From contig CAWIIQ010000004.1 of NCBI GenBank assembly GCA_963836185.1, positions 79,221-143,220 of the forward strand: a DNA stretch of 64,000 nucleotides, written 5' to 3'. The translations under genes and the position numbers were made by a program. Of this stretch, positions 39,503 through 49,000 are shown one piece after another. A model generated the notes under the pieces. The model did no database searches. It was not told where the DNA came from and was given only the letters and a program-made list of their open reading frames with translations. Positions within the stretch are counted from its first letter, which is position 1. The number at the start of each line of letters is the position of its first letter. The DNA comes from Candidatus Krumholzibacteriia bacterium (lineage in GTDB: Bacteria; Krumholzibacteriota; Krumholzibacteriia; Krumholzibacteriales; Krumholzibacteriaceae).

Positions 39503-40092
39503 GTGAGGGACTGGCGTTCTACGCGATATTCTTCGCGGCGATATTTACCAATAATATCCTGCTGACGAATTACCTCGGCATGTGTTCTTTTCTCGCTGTC
39601 TCGAGGGAAGTAGACACTTCTGTCGGCCTGGGCTGGGCCGTCGTGTTCGTCATGACGGCGACGAGCGCCCTGAATTGGCTCGCCTATCACTATATTCTCG
39701 TTCCGTTCGACCTGACCTATCTGAGATTTGTAGTTTTCATCGTCATCATCGCCGCTTTCGTGCAGATAGTAGAGATGATAATCGAAAGGGTCTCGGACAA
39801 GCTGTACATCGCGCTCGGTATATTTCTCCCGCTGATAACCGTTAACTGCGCCATTCTCGGAGTGAGCCTGTTCATGGTCATCAGGGAATACACATTCATC
39901 AATTCCGTCTTTTTCGGACTGGGAAGCGGAATAGGGTGGATGGTCGCGATCATAGCGATGGCCGGGATCAGGCAGAAGATGGCCCGTTCACGTGTTCCCA
40001 GGGCGCTGGCCGGGGCCGGCATTGCGCTTATCATCGCGGGTATAATGGCGCTGGCATTCATGGGCTTTTCGGGCATGATCAAGATCACCTGA
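39499..40092 (+). CDS. nqrE: NqrE-like subunit
   Basis: YLGMCSFLAVS, LGIFLPLITVNCAILG, MALAFMGFSG. Confidence 0.85.
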   Translation: MSEGLAFYAIFFAAIFTNNILLTNYLGMCSFLAVSREVDTSVGLGWAVVFVMTATSALNWLAYHYILVPFDLTYLRFVVFIVIIAAFVQIVEMIIERVSDKLYIALGIFLPLITVNCAILGVSLFMVIREYTFINSVFFGLGSGIGWMVAIIAMAGIRQKMARSRVPRALAGAGIALIIAGIMALAFMGFSGMIKIT

Positions 40093-40108
40093 GAGGAATC
40101 TGAAACCC

Positions 40109-41218
40109 TTGTCTCCATTAGCACAGATATTGATCGGTGTCGGCGCGATCAGCGCTATCACGACATTGCTTGCCGTGATCATGGTGATCGCCGACGCTAC
40201 GATCGGCAACTACGGCAGCGTACAGATCAAGATCAACGATGAGAAGGACGTAACAGTGGAAGGCGGCCGGTCGCTTCTTTCGTCGCTCATGGATGAGAAG
40301 ATCTTTATCCCGTCAGCCTGCGGCGGTCGCGGCTCGTGCGGTCTGTGCAAGGTCAAGGTCACATCCGACGTAGGGGAGCATCTGCCCACCGAACTGCCCT
40401 GGCTCGACGAAGATGAGAGGAAAGATAACGTCCGGCTCTCCTGCCAGCTGAAGATCAAGAAAGACGCCTCGATCCAGATACCCGCAGAGCTTTTCAACGT
40501 CAAGGAATTCAAGTGTGAGGTCAAATCTATAGTCGATCTGACCCACGATATCAAGGAGATTACCCTGCAGCTCCTGGAGCCCGACAGAATGACATTCAAG
40601 GCCGGACAGTTCATCCAGTTCGAGGTCCCCGAGTATGAACTTACTTCCGAGCCTGTATACAGGGCGTACTCGATATCGTCCCAGCCCTCACGTACCGATG
40701 AGATCGAGCTCGAGATCCGCCTTGTCCCGAGTGGGATCTGCACCACCTATGTATTCGAACATCTGAAGGTTGGGGACACGGTCACCATCAACGGACCGTA
40801 CGGACACTTCTACCTGCAGGACACCGACGCGAAGATTATTTTTGTCGCCGGAGGTACGGGAAACGCGCCGATCAAGTCGATACTCAACGATATGCTCGAG
40901 AAGGACAACCAGCGCGAGGCGGTTTATTTCTTCGGCGCCAGATCGAAATGCGACCTCTTCCTTGTCGATGAGATGAGGGAGATGGAGAAGAAACTCCCGA
41001 ATTTCAAATATATACCCACACTTTCCCAGCCGCAGCCCGAGGATAACTGGGAGGGGGATGTCGGCCGTGTCACGGACGCGATAGAGCGTCACATAGAATC
41101 CGGGGAAAACACCGAGGCATACCTCTGTGGAAGCCCCGGCATGATCGAGTCGGTCGTGGAGGTACTTAAGAAAAAGGGAATACCTGAAGACAAGATTTAT
41201 TACGACAAGTTCGCGTGA
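40109..41218 (+). CDS. nqrF: NqrF-like 2Fe-2S/FAD/NAD(P)H oxidoreductase
   Basis: N-terminal TM; PSACGGRGSCGLC, RLSCQ, RAYS, GGTGNAP, YLCGSPGM, YYDKF. Confidence 0.85.
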   Translation: MSPLAQILIGVGAISAITTLLAVIMVIADATIGNYGSVQIKINDEKDVTVEGGRSLLSSLMDEKIFIPSACGGRGSCGLCKVKVTSDVGEHLPTELPWLDEDERKDNVRLSCQLKIKKDASIQIPAELFNVKEFKCEVKSIVDLTHDIKEITLQLLEPDRMTFKAGQFIQFEVPEYELTSEPVYRAYSISSQPSRTDEIELEIRLVPSGICTTYVFEHLKVGDTVTINGPYGHFYLQDTDAKIIFVAGGTGNAPIKSILNDMLEKDNQREAVYFFGARSKCDLFLVDEMREMEKKLPNFKYIPTLSQPQPEDNWEGDVGRVTDAIERHIESGENTEAYLCGSPGMIESVVEVLKKKGIPEDKIYYDKFA

Positions 41219-41224
41219 GGTAGG

Positions 41225-41695
41225 ATGATGAAGCAGACTGAGCAGATGAAAGAGATCCAGGAGAGGATGAAGCCGGGTATTATTGCATTGGATGGATTCC
41301 TCGGTCCGGATGACCGGAACCTCATCGATATACTTGTTGAAGACGACGCCGAGGTAAAGCGGCTGGGACTGACCCATGAAAATATAGCGGCGAGGATGCA
41401 GGAACTTCGGGATGCGGGTAAGGGTGGCCTCGGGGACCTGATCAGTATCGCTCCGCACTACGAAGTAAGTGTCGATATCGCCAGGGGCAAGCTGCCGTGC
41501 CCGTTCGGTCACAGAGGGCTTGTCCGGAAATCGATTATCCGGGTCAAGAACCTCGAGAAAGACCGGGAGCTTACATTTACTGATATGAACATCCATATGA
41601 TAAAAGAGCATGGTTTCTACCAGGGGAAGGGATCATCTTTCAGGATGGATATCGGCGATCTTATTGATATTCTGGATATCGAGCTGCCCGGATAA
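41225..41695 (+). CDS. Soluble hypothetical protein, probably co-transcribed with the nqr-like genes
   Basis: 6 bp after nqrF; GFLG, LGLTH, LPCPFGH, IHMIKEHGFYQGKGS. Confidence 0.75.
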   Translation: MMKQTEQMKEIQERMKPGIIALDGFLGPDDRNLIDILVEDDAEVKRLGLTHENIAARMQELRDAGKGGLGDLISIAPHYEVSVDIARGKLPCPFGHRGLVRKSIIRVKNLEKDRELTFTDMNIHMIKEHGFYQGKGSSFRMDIGDLIDILDIELPG

Positions 41696-41732
41696 AGAAG
41701 ACATCTTTCCAGAAAAACAGGGAGGGTTCGAA

Positions 41733-42341
41733 ATGCGTGCGAACGTAATGGTTCTGGCGGTTGTGTCTCTGTTTGTCGTATTGACGGGGACAATTCCGGT
41801 TAACGGGCAGGAACAGGAGAAAGAGGATCTGAAGCCGGTCCTAGTTGTCATGGATGTCCAGAATATATGGATGCCGATGATGGCGGAAGAGGACAGGGAG
41901 ACCGCGCCTCAGAAGATCAATGAACTGATCGGCCTTTTTCGCGAACATGACTATCCCGTTATCCGCGTTTACCATTCCAGCCCGGCACACGGTCCCGAGC
42001 CGGGTACAGAGCCGTTTGAGTTCCCGTCCTCGATCGCTGTCACCGATGATGACCTGAAAGTAGTAAAGGCCATGCCTAGCGCGTTTACGAAGACCGATCT
42101 GGAAAAGACTCTCCGGGCCGAAGGGCACAACACAGTCTTTCTATGCGGGCTCAGCGCGACGGGATGCGTGCTGGCGACTTACTTCGGCGCGATGGACCGC
42201 GAGTTCCCCGTCGTGATGGTCAAGGATGCCCTGCTCAGCCACAATTCATCATATACGAATGTGATAGAGGATATATGCTATTCGATGTCGATCGAGGAGG
42301 TAAGGGAGATGCTGGATGGGAGAGCTCCGGCCTTAAAGTGA
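41733..42341 (+). CDS. Isochorismatase-family cysteine hydrolase with signal peptide
   Basis: VVMDVQN, VVK..PSAFTKT, CGLSATGCVLATY. Confidence 0.85.
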   Translation: MRANVMVLAVVSLFVVLTGTIPVNGQEQEKEDLKPVLVVMDVQNIWMPMMAEEDRETAPQKINELIGLFREHDYPVIRVYHSSPAHGPEPGTEPFEFPSSIAVTDDDLKVVKAMPSAFTKTDLEKTLRAEGHNTVFLCGLSATGCVLATYFGAMDREFPVVMVKDALLSHNSSYTNVIEDICYSMSIEEVREMLDGRAPALK

Positions 42342-42365
42342 ATGAAGCCCTTAGATCACGGGCAG

Positions 42366-42395
42366 AAAAAGAGGGGCCGTTATAGACGGCCCCTC
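42366..42395 (-). terminator. Intrinsic terminator
   Basis: gaggggccgt/acggcccctc stem; the A5 run on + is a U-tract on -. Confidence 0.75.
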
Positions 42396-42422
42396 CTGTA
42401 TCGCGCCTTGTTTTACTTATTC

Positions 42423-43643
42423 CTATACGACAAACTCCTCAGGAACGTCACGCAGCCTCGCAACATCAGTGAGCTTGCGTCTTACGTCGAATCCCATCCT
42501 GCAGTTCACGCGGCACTCATGACAATCCCCGCAGGGAAGAGCAGTAATGTCGACCTTCTCCATCGCCGCCTTGGCCTTGGCCAGGTCGCGGTATCCGTAT
42601 ACGTACATGTAGCATCTCATCATCGTGGGGATATCTATACCGGCGATACACTGTTTTTTACATTCGCCGCACTGATCGCAATACATCCCCGGTCCGCTTC
42701 CGTGCATGCCGAGTTGAAGGGCCTTTTTATCATCTGTCGTCAGCTTGAGATCGTTCATCACCGAGGCGTTCTCCTCTAGATGGGCGATCGAGTCGATCCC
42801 CGGGATCGTTGTATGAACGTTCTTGTTGCTGATGGCCCATTTGAGGGCCGCTTTCATATCGATCATCTTCTCGCGGTTTTCGTCCCACCAGACACCTGCC
42901 TGTGTCTTCATCGCGATAATGCCCTTACCCGCCTTTGCGGCCATCTCCATCGTCCTGTGCATCTCATCAAGGTGAGGCTGCTGGAAGTTATATGCCGTCA
43001 GGACGACCTCGTGAATGTCACTCTTTGCCACAGCCTCGATGACTTCCGGCTCATTAGCGTGTGTCGATACGCCGATTACCCGGGCCTTGCCTTCTTTCTT
43101 CATCTTGACGAGGGCCTCGAGGAAGGGTTCGTGGTTTGTCGCGCCCTCTGTCGCTACACTGTGGATCAACAGGATGTCTACATAGTCGACTCCGAGACGC
43201 CCGAGGCTTGTCTCGAACTTCTCTATGAACATCTCGGTCGTCGCGCCCTCGCGGAAGAGCCCGGTCCTCCTGTCCTCGGCGCCTGTCACCTTGGTGGTGA
43301 TCACGAACGAATCGCGGGGACGGCCCTTGATGACCTCTCCGATCATCTCCTCGTTCCTGCCTCGGCCGTAGCTGTTCGCCGTGTCGAGGTGGATGACTCC
43401 CATATCGAGCGCGGCGGCGATGATCTCAGGAGCCTGGGCGGCTCCCGCGCCGACACTCACCACTGGGATCTCGAGGCCGGTGTTCCCGAGCTTCCTCTTG
43501 ACTATCTTGAGGTCTTTCTTTTTTTCATCCGATGTGCGGGTGTTTCCCGTTCCCCGCAGAGCGGGAAGTATGGCTATTCCCGCAAGGCCGGTAACGCCCG
43601 CCTTGAGGAACCGCCGTCTGCTTTTATCGCCAGTGTTCTTCAT
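42423..43643 (-). CDS. Aldo/keto reductase with Tat-like signal and C-terminal 4Fe-4S domain
   Basis: SRRRFLK, LGNTG, DTANSYG, DILLIH, IGVSTH, IAMKT, YCDQCGEC...C, CGDCHECRVNC. Confidence 0.85.
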   Translation of the reverse strand: MKNTGDKSRRRFLKAGVTGLAGIAILPALRGTGNTRTSDEKKKDLKIVKRKLGNTGLEIPVVSVGAGAAQAPEIIAAALDMGVIHLDTANSYGRGRNEEMIGEVIKGRPRDSFVITTKVTGAEDRRTGLFREGATTEMFIEKFETSLGRLGVDYVDILLIHSVATEGATNHEPFLEALVKMKKEGKARVIGVSTHANEPEVIEAVAKSDIHEVVLTAYNFQQPHLDEMHRTMEMAAKAGKGIIAMKTQAGVWWDENREKMIDMKAALKWAISNKNVHTTIPGIDSIAHLEENASVMNDLKLTTDDKKALQLGMHGSGPGMYCDQCGECKKQCIAGIDIPTMMRCYMYVYGYRDLAKAKAAMEKVDITALPCGDCHECRVNCRMGFDVRRKLTDVARLRDVPEEFVV

Positions 43644-43666
43644 GACAGTCCTTTCTTCGCGAGAAT

Positions 43667-44404
43667 CTAGTTGCCCTGGAGTTCGCTGATAGTAATCCGG
43701 TCCTTTTTCGTATATCCTTCCGGGGCCGACCAGAAGCCTTCCGGCGCGTCCTTCTCGCTGATCTCCTTTGCCTCGGTGACCGTCTTTATCTCGATGCCTT
43801 TCTGGAACCTTATCTCCTCGCTCATCATCGGATAGCCAGCGCCCTCTCCGAGGGAATCGATGAGTTCGACGTTGTAGTTTCGCAGTGTAAGAAGGCAGGG
43901 ATAGATCTTCTTGTAGATACCGATATCAAAGGGAACGTCTTCTGTGTACCAGGCTGTTTCGTCCGTTTCGTTATACTTTATATCTTCATACGGTATCCAT
44001 GTGGTGAGCATATGACCGGTGCACTTGTGACCGTTAAACTCCTTTTCGCCATCGAGCTCTTTCATCTCACCGGTATACTGGTACATCTGGATTCTGCCCA
44101 CCTCTTCCTCGACTATGATGTTTTCCCACTGGGGAGGAAGCGCAGTCTGCAGGTATATCGAATCACCGAGATTGATGAAGGTGAAGATGTTGCCCGATAC
44201 GTCGAAGATCATCTTAACTCTCTCCTGGACCAGGGCCATTCTGCCCTCGCCGAACCACATCTCGAAGTCACGGTCGACTTCAGGAGTAGTCGTACCCCCG
44301 TAATAGTAGGCATCGGTATGCGTATGATGTCTCACGCAGATCTCGGCTGGCAGGGAAGAGGCAGTCACCAGGAGCGCAACTGTAACAAGCAGAGCTGTTT
44401 TCAT
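43667..44404 (-). CDS. Secreted hypothetical protein (DUF4412-like)
   Basis: Signal peptide; GEKEFNGHKC, WYTEDV, APEGYTKK; strong RBS. Confidence 0.65.
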   Translation of the reverse strand: MKTALLVTVALLVTASSLPAEICVRHHTHTDAYYYGGTTTPEVDRDFEMWFGEGRMALVQERVKMIFDVSGNIFTFINLGDSIYLQTALPPQWENIIVEEEVGRIQMYQYTGEMKELDGEKEFNGHKCTGHMLTTWIPYEDIKYNETDETAWYTEDVPFDIGIYKKIYPCLLTLRNYNVELIDSLGEGAGYPMMSEEIRFQKGIEIKTVTEAKEISEKDAPEGFWSAPEGYTKKDRITISELQGN

Positions 44405-44667
44405 GTTTCCTCCTTTAAAGGATGTACTGATACATGACTATAAACCTGTGGCATCGGAAATATCCATATATTTGATGCTTTTTTATTGCAATTCGCCTCA
44501 ACGGGTAGTACGTCTCGTCTGTAATCCATGTAACCTTGGACGGTAACTCTTCGCGGAGGCGATCTGATGGAAAATGGATACGCGACAGTCGGGTATGTAA
44601 ATTTTCTGGTTGCCGTGCAGGGCCGGGATAGTAATCCGGCGAAGGCGGCCTGACGGAGGATGTGACC

Positions 44668-45039
44668 ATGCCAGTCAGAACCGTGATAGAGCATGAGAAG
44701 GAAATAACGGAACACATCGCTTCTGGAGAAGTTATCGATGATGAGATGTTTGAGGCTCAGAGAGAATTCTACGAAAATGGCCCGACGAGACTGCAGCTCT
44801 GGGATATGACGCAGGGCAGTGTGACCAGTGTGACGATCGGCGGCATGCGGACCTTTATCGGGAGGGCTGCCCTGAAAGGGAAGGCAAGAAAAGACGGTAA
44901 AACAGCTGTCATCGTAAGTTCACAGCTGCAGTTCGGGCTGGCAAGGATGGCTGAGGCATTTGGGGAGTTCGTCTCCCTCCCATTTGCTTTTCGCGTTTTC
45001 AGGGAACGAGCCGAGGCGCTTGCCTGGTTTGATGAGTGA
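44668..45039 (+). CDS. SpoIIAA/STAS-SEC14-like small protein
   Basis: LWDMT, KTAVIVS..LQFGLARM, FRVFRERAEALAW. Confidence 0.65.
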   Translation: MPVRTVIEHEKEITEHIASGEVIDDEMFEAQREFYENGPTRLQLWDMTQGSVTSVTIGGMRTFIGRAALKGKARKDGKTAVIVSSQLQFGLARMAEAFGEFVSLPFAFRVFRERAEALAWFDE

Positions 45040-45056
45040 CAGGAAGGAGAAATCTG

Positions 45057-45413
45057 ATGGATACGACTCCAGTCTACGTTTCAGAGAGCACAGTCAGGAG
45101 CATCTGGCAGGAATACCGTATCTTCAACAACCGTGTGGAGATCGACACGATGTTCGGGCTGATGGTAATACCTTTCGAGCATATAGAAAAAGTCGATGTC
45201 TCCGAATCAGAAGTGAAGGGACTGCTGAGGGGCGATCTGCATCTGAAGGGATTCAGGCCTGCCCTGAAGGTTGATTGGGCCAATTTTGTCGAGCATGTCG
45301 TGATCGACAAAAGCGAGGGTCATATCCACAGGATCCTTCTGACGCCGGATGATCCCGAAAAGTTCAAGAGCATGCTTGATCAGGCACTTGCCGAATATAA
45401 GCAGGATATGTAA
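45057..45413 (+). CDS. Hypothetical protein (possible PH-like fold)
   Basis: AGGAG RBS; IPFEHIEKV, LLTPDDPEKF. Confidence 0.7.
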   Translation: MDTTPVYVSESTVRSIWQEYRIFNNRVEIDTMFGLMVIPFEHIEKVDVSESEVKGLLRGDLHLKGFRPALKVDWANFVEHVVIDKSEGHIHRILLTPDDPEKFKSMLDQALAEYKQDM

Positions 45414-45416
45414 GCC

Positions 45417-46046
45417 GTGTCCCGATCCTTCAAGCCGTTGAATATCATTATTCTGCTGCCGTGTATCGTCGTATTCGCCGGATTGAGCTACCTGCGGTCC
45501 GCGTGGGCAGCGATCCTGCTGTATCACACCGTTATTATCATCTACCTCGTTATAACGCGAAGTAAGCGTCTCCGTCCCGAACTGTTTCGCGGATGGAACA
45601 ATGCTGCCGGTGCCGTATTCACGATCGCGTGCGCGTGCCCTGGGCCCCTTCTTGTTCTGCTCTGGCCAGTAATATCGAATGTGAGCGACGGCCTTTCATC
45701 GACTCTCGATTCGTTCGGGCTTCATGGGGCCGGCTGGTTGTTGTTTGCAGTGTATTTCGTCTCTCTCCATCCTGTCCTCGAAGAGCTTTTCTGGAGAGAC
45801 GCACTGGTATCGGGCAGCAGATGGCCAGATATCGTGGATATTGCATTCGCCGCCTATCACGTCCTCGTACTGGTACATTTCCTGAAATTCCCATGGGTCA
45901 TTCTCGTATTTGTCATTCTCACACTGGTCTCCTGGCTCTGGCGACGCGTTGCGGAACGTTACCGGGGCCTTGCGATCCCGGTCGTCTCCCACATTGCCGC
46001 CGGAATTAGTTTAATGATCGCCACTTTCCTGATCGCCAGAGGATGA
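45417..46046 (+). CDS. CPBP (Abi/CAAX) intramembrane glutamic protease-like protein
   Basis: PVLEELFWR, FAAYH, SHIAA; multi-TM. Confidence 0.75.
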   Translation: MSRSFKPLNIIILLPCIVVFAGLSYLRSAWAAILLYHTVIIIYLVITRSKRLRPELFRGWNNAAGAVFTIACACPGPLLVLLWPVISNVSDGLSSTLDSFGLHGAGWLLFAVYFVSLHPVLEELFWRDALVSGSRWPDIVDIAFAAYHVLVLVHFLKFPWVILVFVILTLVSWLWRRVAERYRGLAIPVVSHIAAGISLMIATFLIARG

Positions 46047-46148
46047 TTCTCACACTCCCACGGCAGGTTTCTGTCTTGCGCCGGCATGTGTCGATAAGTG
46101 ATACTTACGTGAAACGAGACGAGTGTGCCCCGGATAGCGTATAATCTA

Positions 46149-47306
46149 ATGAGAATGACCTGTAAGAAATCGATACTTCTCTTTTTCACAGCATTGCTGG
46201 TCCTTGTCGTTTCCTGTTATGACAGCGATCTGCCTCTCGTGAAGCCTGACCCTGAGATGCCGCCGCCGACAGTGCCGTTCAGCCCTGAAGTCAGGTTCGG
46301 TATCTGTTGTGGACCCACCTCGATGTGCTCGGCGGATTTTGACGGGGATGGGGCCCTTGACATTGCTACCGCGAACAACTCTACCAATGATATTTCAATA
46401 CTGCCGGGCAACGGGGACGGGACCTTCAGTGATCATACTAAGTATTCAGTCGGCAGTATGCCGACCATGATCCACTGCTCCGACTTCGATGCGGACGGGA
46501 ATGAAGATCTGGTTGTGGTTAATTTCATGTCTGACGATTTCTCCGTCCTTCTGGGAAATGGAGACGGGACCTTTGATGTCGCAGTCAACTACGGCGTCAA
46601 TTCTGAGCCGCGAGCCGTGTTTTCGGAGGATTTCAACGGAGATATGAGAGAGGATATCGTTGTCTCGAACTCGGGTTCGGACAATATCTCGGTCTTCCTG
46701 GGCAACGGTGACGGGACGTTTACGGCGGTTGACAGTTTCGTCGTCGATGATTATCCCACTACTGTCCTGTCTTACGATATGGATAGAGATGGCGACCAGG
46801 ATATTCTGGTGTCGAATTGGGATGGAAGAACGATTTCGATACTTTTCGGCAGGGGGGACGGGACATTCGCCGATGCCATCGGCTTTGAGACGGACCTCGA
46901 TCCTTATTCCATCCATGGGGAGGATCTCAATAGAGACGGGAATATGGACCTGGTCGTAGCCAGTCTGTACTATAACAGGATCGGGGTCTTCTTTGGAAAT
47001 GAGGATGGACTGATCTCCAGAAGCAGGAGCTATTATGTAGAGGGTGGTCCTTCTTACGTCGACTCGGGAGATCTGAACGAAGATGGAAATATCGATCTCG
47101 CTATCGGCAACTGGCAGTATCAACAGATCACCGTTCTGCTCGGAGATGGATCGGGGATATTCACACCATCCGCTAATTACAAGGCGGGAGACGGGATCAT
47201 GGCGGTCCTGTGCAGGGATCTTGACGGGGACAGTGACCTCGATGTCGTGTCGACAAACCGGTTGTCAAACGGCATCTCCGTACTTCTGAACGAGACTGTC
47301 GAATAG
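46149..47306 (+). CDS. FG-GAP/VCBS-repeat lipoprotein (beta-propeller)
   Basis: Lipobox-like VVSC; about 7 repeats of DFDGDG.LD...LGNGDGTF. Confidence 0.85.
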   Translation: MRMTCKKSILLFFTALLVLVVSCYDSDLPLVKPDPEMPPPTVPFSPEVRFGICCGPTSMCSADFDGDGALDIATANNSTNDISILPGNGDGTFSDHTKYSVGSMPTMIHCSDFDADGNEDLVVVNFMSDDFSVLLGNGDGTFDVAVNYGVNSEPRAVFSEDFNGDMREDIVVSNSGSDNISVFLGNGDGTFTAVDSFVVDDYPTTVLSYDMDRDGDQDILVSNWDGRTISILFGRGDGTFADAIGFETDLDPYSIHGEDLNRDGNMDLVVASLYYNRIGVFFGNEDGLISRSRSYYVEGGPSYVDSGDLNEDGNIDLAIGNWQYQQITVLLGDGSGIFTPSANYKAGDGIMAVLCRDLDGDSDLDVVSTNRLSNGISVLLNETVE

Positions 47307-47359
47307 ACAGGCGTTTCACCGACTGCGTGTGGTTTTCGCGCAGGAATAGAATCAATCAT

Positions 47360-47803
47360 ATGAGAATATGGACTATTAATCCTGAGTATCTCGACAGGCA
47401 GGGGCTTCTCGCTCTCTGGCGTGAATCATTGCTGGCGCAGAAGGTCCTTGCAGGATCAACGAAGGGATATACAGCACATCCCCAGTTGACACGCTTCAGA
47501 GCCCACCCGGATCCGATCGGTGCGATAGGTTTCTACCTCCTTGGCGTTTATGAAGAATCGCTTGCAAGAGGCTATCGGTTCGATCGGTCGAAGATAATCG
47601 TTGATTCTCCTGTCGAAGTCATATCGGAGACGGATGGCCAGCTTTTTTACGAGTGGCGGCACTTTCTGTCCAAGCTATCAGTAAGGGACTCGCGGCGGTT
47701 TATGTCGTTGAAGGACCTTACAGACCCGAGACCTCACCCGCTTTTCAGCGTAACCAGGGGAGAGGTGCGTCCATGGGAGCGTACCAGTAATCAGGACGGC
47801 TGA
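47360..47803 (+). CDS. Pyrimidine-dimer DNA glycosylase/endonuclease V family protein
   Basis: MRIWTINPEYLDRQGLLALWRE.LLAQKVL.G.TKGY.AHPQL.RF. Confidence 0.88.
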   Translation: MRIWTINPEYLDRQGLLALWRESLLAQKVLAGSTKGYTAHPQLTRFRAHPDPIGAIGFYLLGVYEESLARGYRFDRSKIIVDSPVEVISETDGQLFYEWRHFLSKLSVRDSRRFMSLKDLTDPRPHPLFSVTRGEVRPWERTSNQDG

Positions 47804-47844
47804 TCTTCAGTCAGCCTTTTCAGCCTTTATCGAGAGGAGGGATC

Positions 47845-48402
47845 ATGAAAAGAACCGTCGTGGCGGGGCTGCTGGGCAGTCTTGTGCTGATCGTGTGGAT
47901 GGTCGTAGTGAACGGACTGCTCGGATTCAGTTCCCGCATCAATATGAAGAAGCTCGATAACGAGCCCCATGTATACGAAGTGCTAAAGGAAAATGTCACG
48001 CAGCCGGGGAGATATGTGGTCAATCCTGAACCGACTTCCGAGGGAAGATTTCCGGACGGGGATCCTGTCTATGGCGTGACGTACAGCGGGGCGGGGCATG
48101 GCTCCGCCGGAGGAATCATGATTGCGGGCCTTGCCGCGCTGATAATCGTGCCGATGGCAGGGGCATGGCTGCTTTCGCAGGCCTCCGACAGGGTGCTGTC
48201 GAGTTATCCTAAAAAGGTGCTATTTTTCTTCGTGCTGGGCCTGTTGATAGCACTGTTCAGCGATCTCAATAAATTCGGGATCGACGGGTATCCCCTCAAG
48301 GATGCCTTGATGCTTGGCATGCATGACATCGTTTTGTGGACCCTTGTCGGATTTGTGATCGCGTGGAGGATCAAGCCTGGCGGAAGATATTCGATGGCGT
48401 GA
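47845..48402 (+). CDS. Hypothetical membrane protein
   Basis: 4 TM; GGAGG RBS. Confidence 0.7.
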   Translation: MKRTVVAGLLGSLVLIVWMVVVNGLLGFSSRINMKKLDNEPHVYEVLKENVTQPGRYVVNPEPTSEGRFPDGDPVYGVTYSGAGHGSAGGIMIAGLAALIIVPMAGAWLLSQASDRVLSSYPKKVLFFFVLGLLIALFSDLNKFGIDGYPLKDALMLGMHDIVLWTLVGFVIAWRIKPGGRYSMA

Positions 48403-48503
48403 TGTGGAGAAAAGGATGTGAAAGTTTAAGCCAGTGCTATATTGTCGAGTTCTGGCAGTTGGCCGATCTACGGTTTCTAGACAATCATAGACAGGGGGAC
48501 AGG

Positions 48504-48992
48504 GTGAAATCGATGTTTTCAATCGTGTTACTTGTTTTGTTGACTATCGCTGTCATTCCAGCCGATGGATCGGCCGAAGAACAGGCAATACAGCTTTCGT
48601 TGTTCACTCCTCTGCAGATACGGCATGAAGAGGATTCCATCAAATATTTCCGTTTCAACCTGCTCTACGGCCGGAACACGTCGCTGGTCGGTCTCGACCT
48701 CGGCCTTGTCAACCACCTTACCGCCGGAGAATCCCGGAGTCTTCAGTTCGGGCTCGCGAACTGGGTAGACGCCGATCTCAAGGGACTGCAGTTCGGATCC
48801 CTGAATGTCACGAAGGGCACCTTCACCGGCTGGCAGTGGGGATTCGTCAATTACGGGGGACATGTAAAAGGTTTCATGCTTGGATTTATTAATGTCGCGG
48901 ATTCGATGTACGGGCTTCAGATCGGCCTGATCAACGTGATAGAGGAAGGCGGCATGCTGCCCTTCTTCCCGATCTTCAACTTTTCCTTCTGA
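48504..48992 (+). CDS. Secreted GxQxGxxN-repeat (LA_2272-like) protein
   Basis: IQLSLFTPLQ, FNLLYG, GLDLGLVN, GLQIGLIN, FFPIFNFSF. Confidence 0.75.
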   Translation: MKSMFSIVLLVLLTIAVIPADGSAEEQAIQLSLFTPLQIRHEEDSIKYFRFNLLYGRNTSLVGLDLGLVNHLTAGESRSLQFGLANWVDADLKGLQFGSLNVTKGTFTGWQWGFVNYGGHVKGFMLGFINVADSMYGLQIGLINVIEEGGMLPFFPIFNFSF

Positions 48993-49000
48993 CGGGAAGT

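Noticed and set aside
44405-44667. Possible structured ncRNA or riboswitch in a 260-bp divergent intergenic region
   Set aside because: It has only short complementary segments (tcgcctc/gaggcga, gccgg/ccggc) and no recognisable family motif. Divergent promoters are a sufficient explanation.
46320-47290. Repeated gacggg/ggcaacgg DNA motifs
   Set aside because: They are explained by FG-GAP/VCBS protein repeats rather than an independent DNA repeat element.
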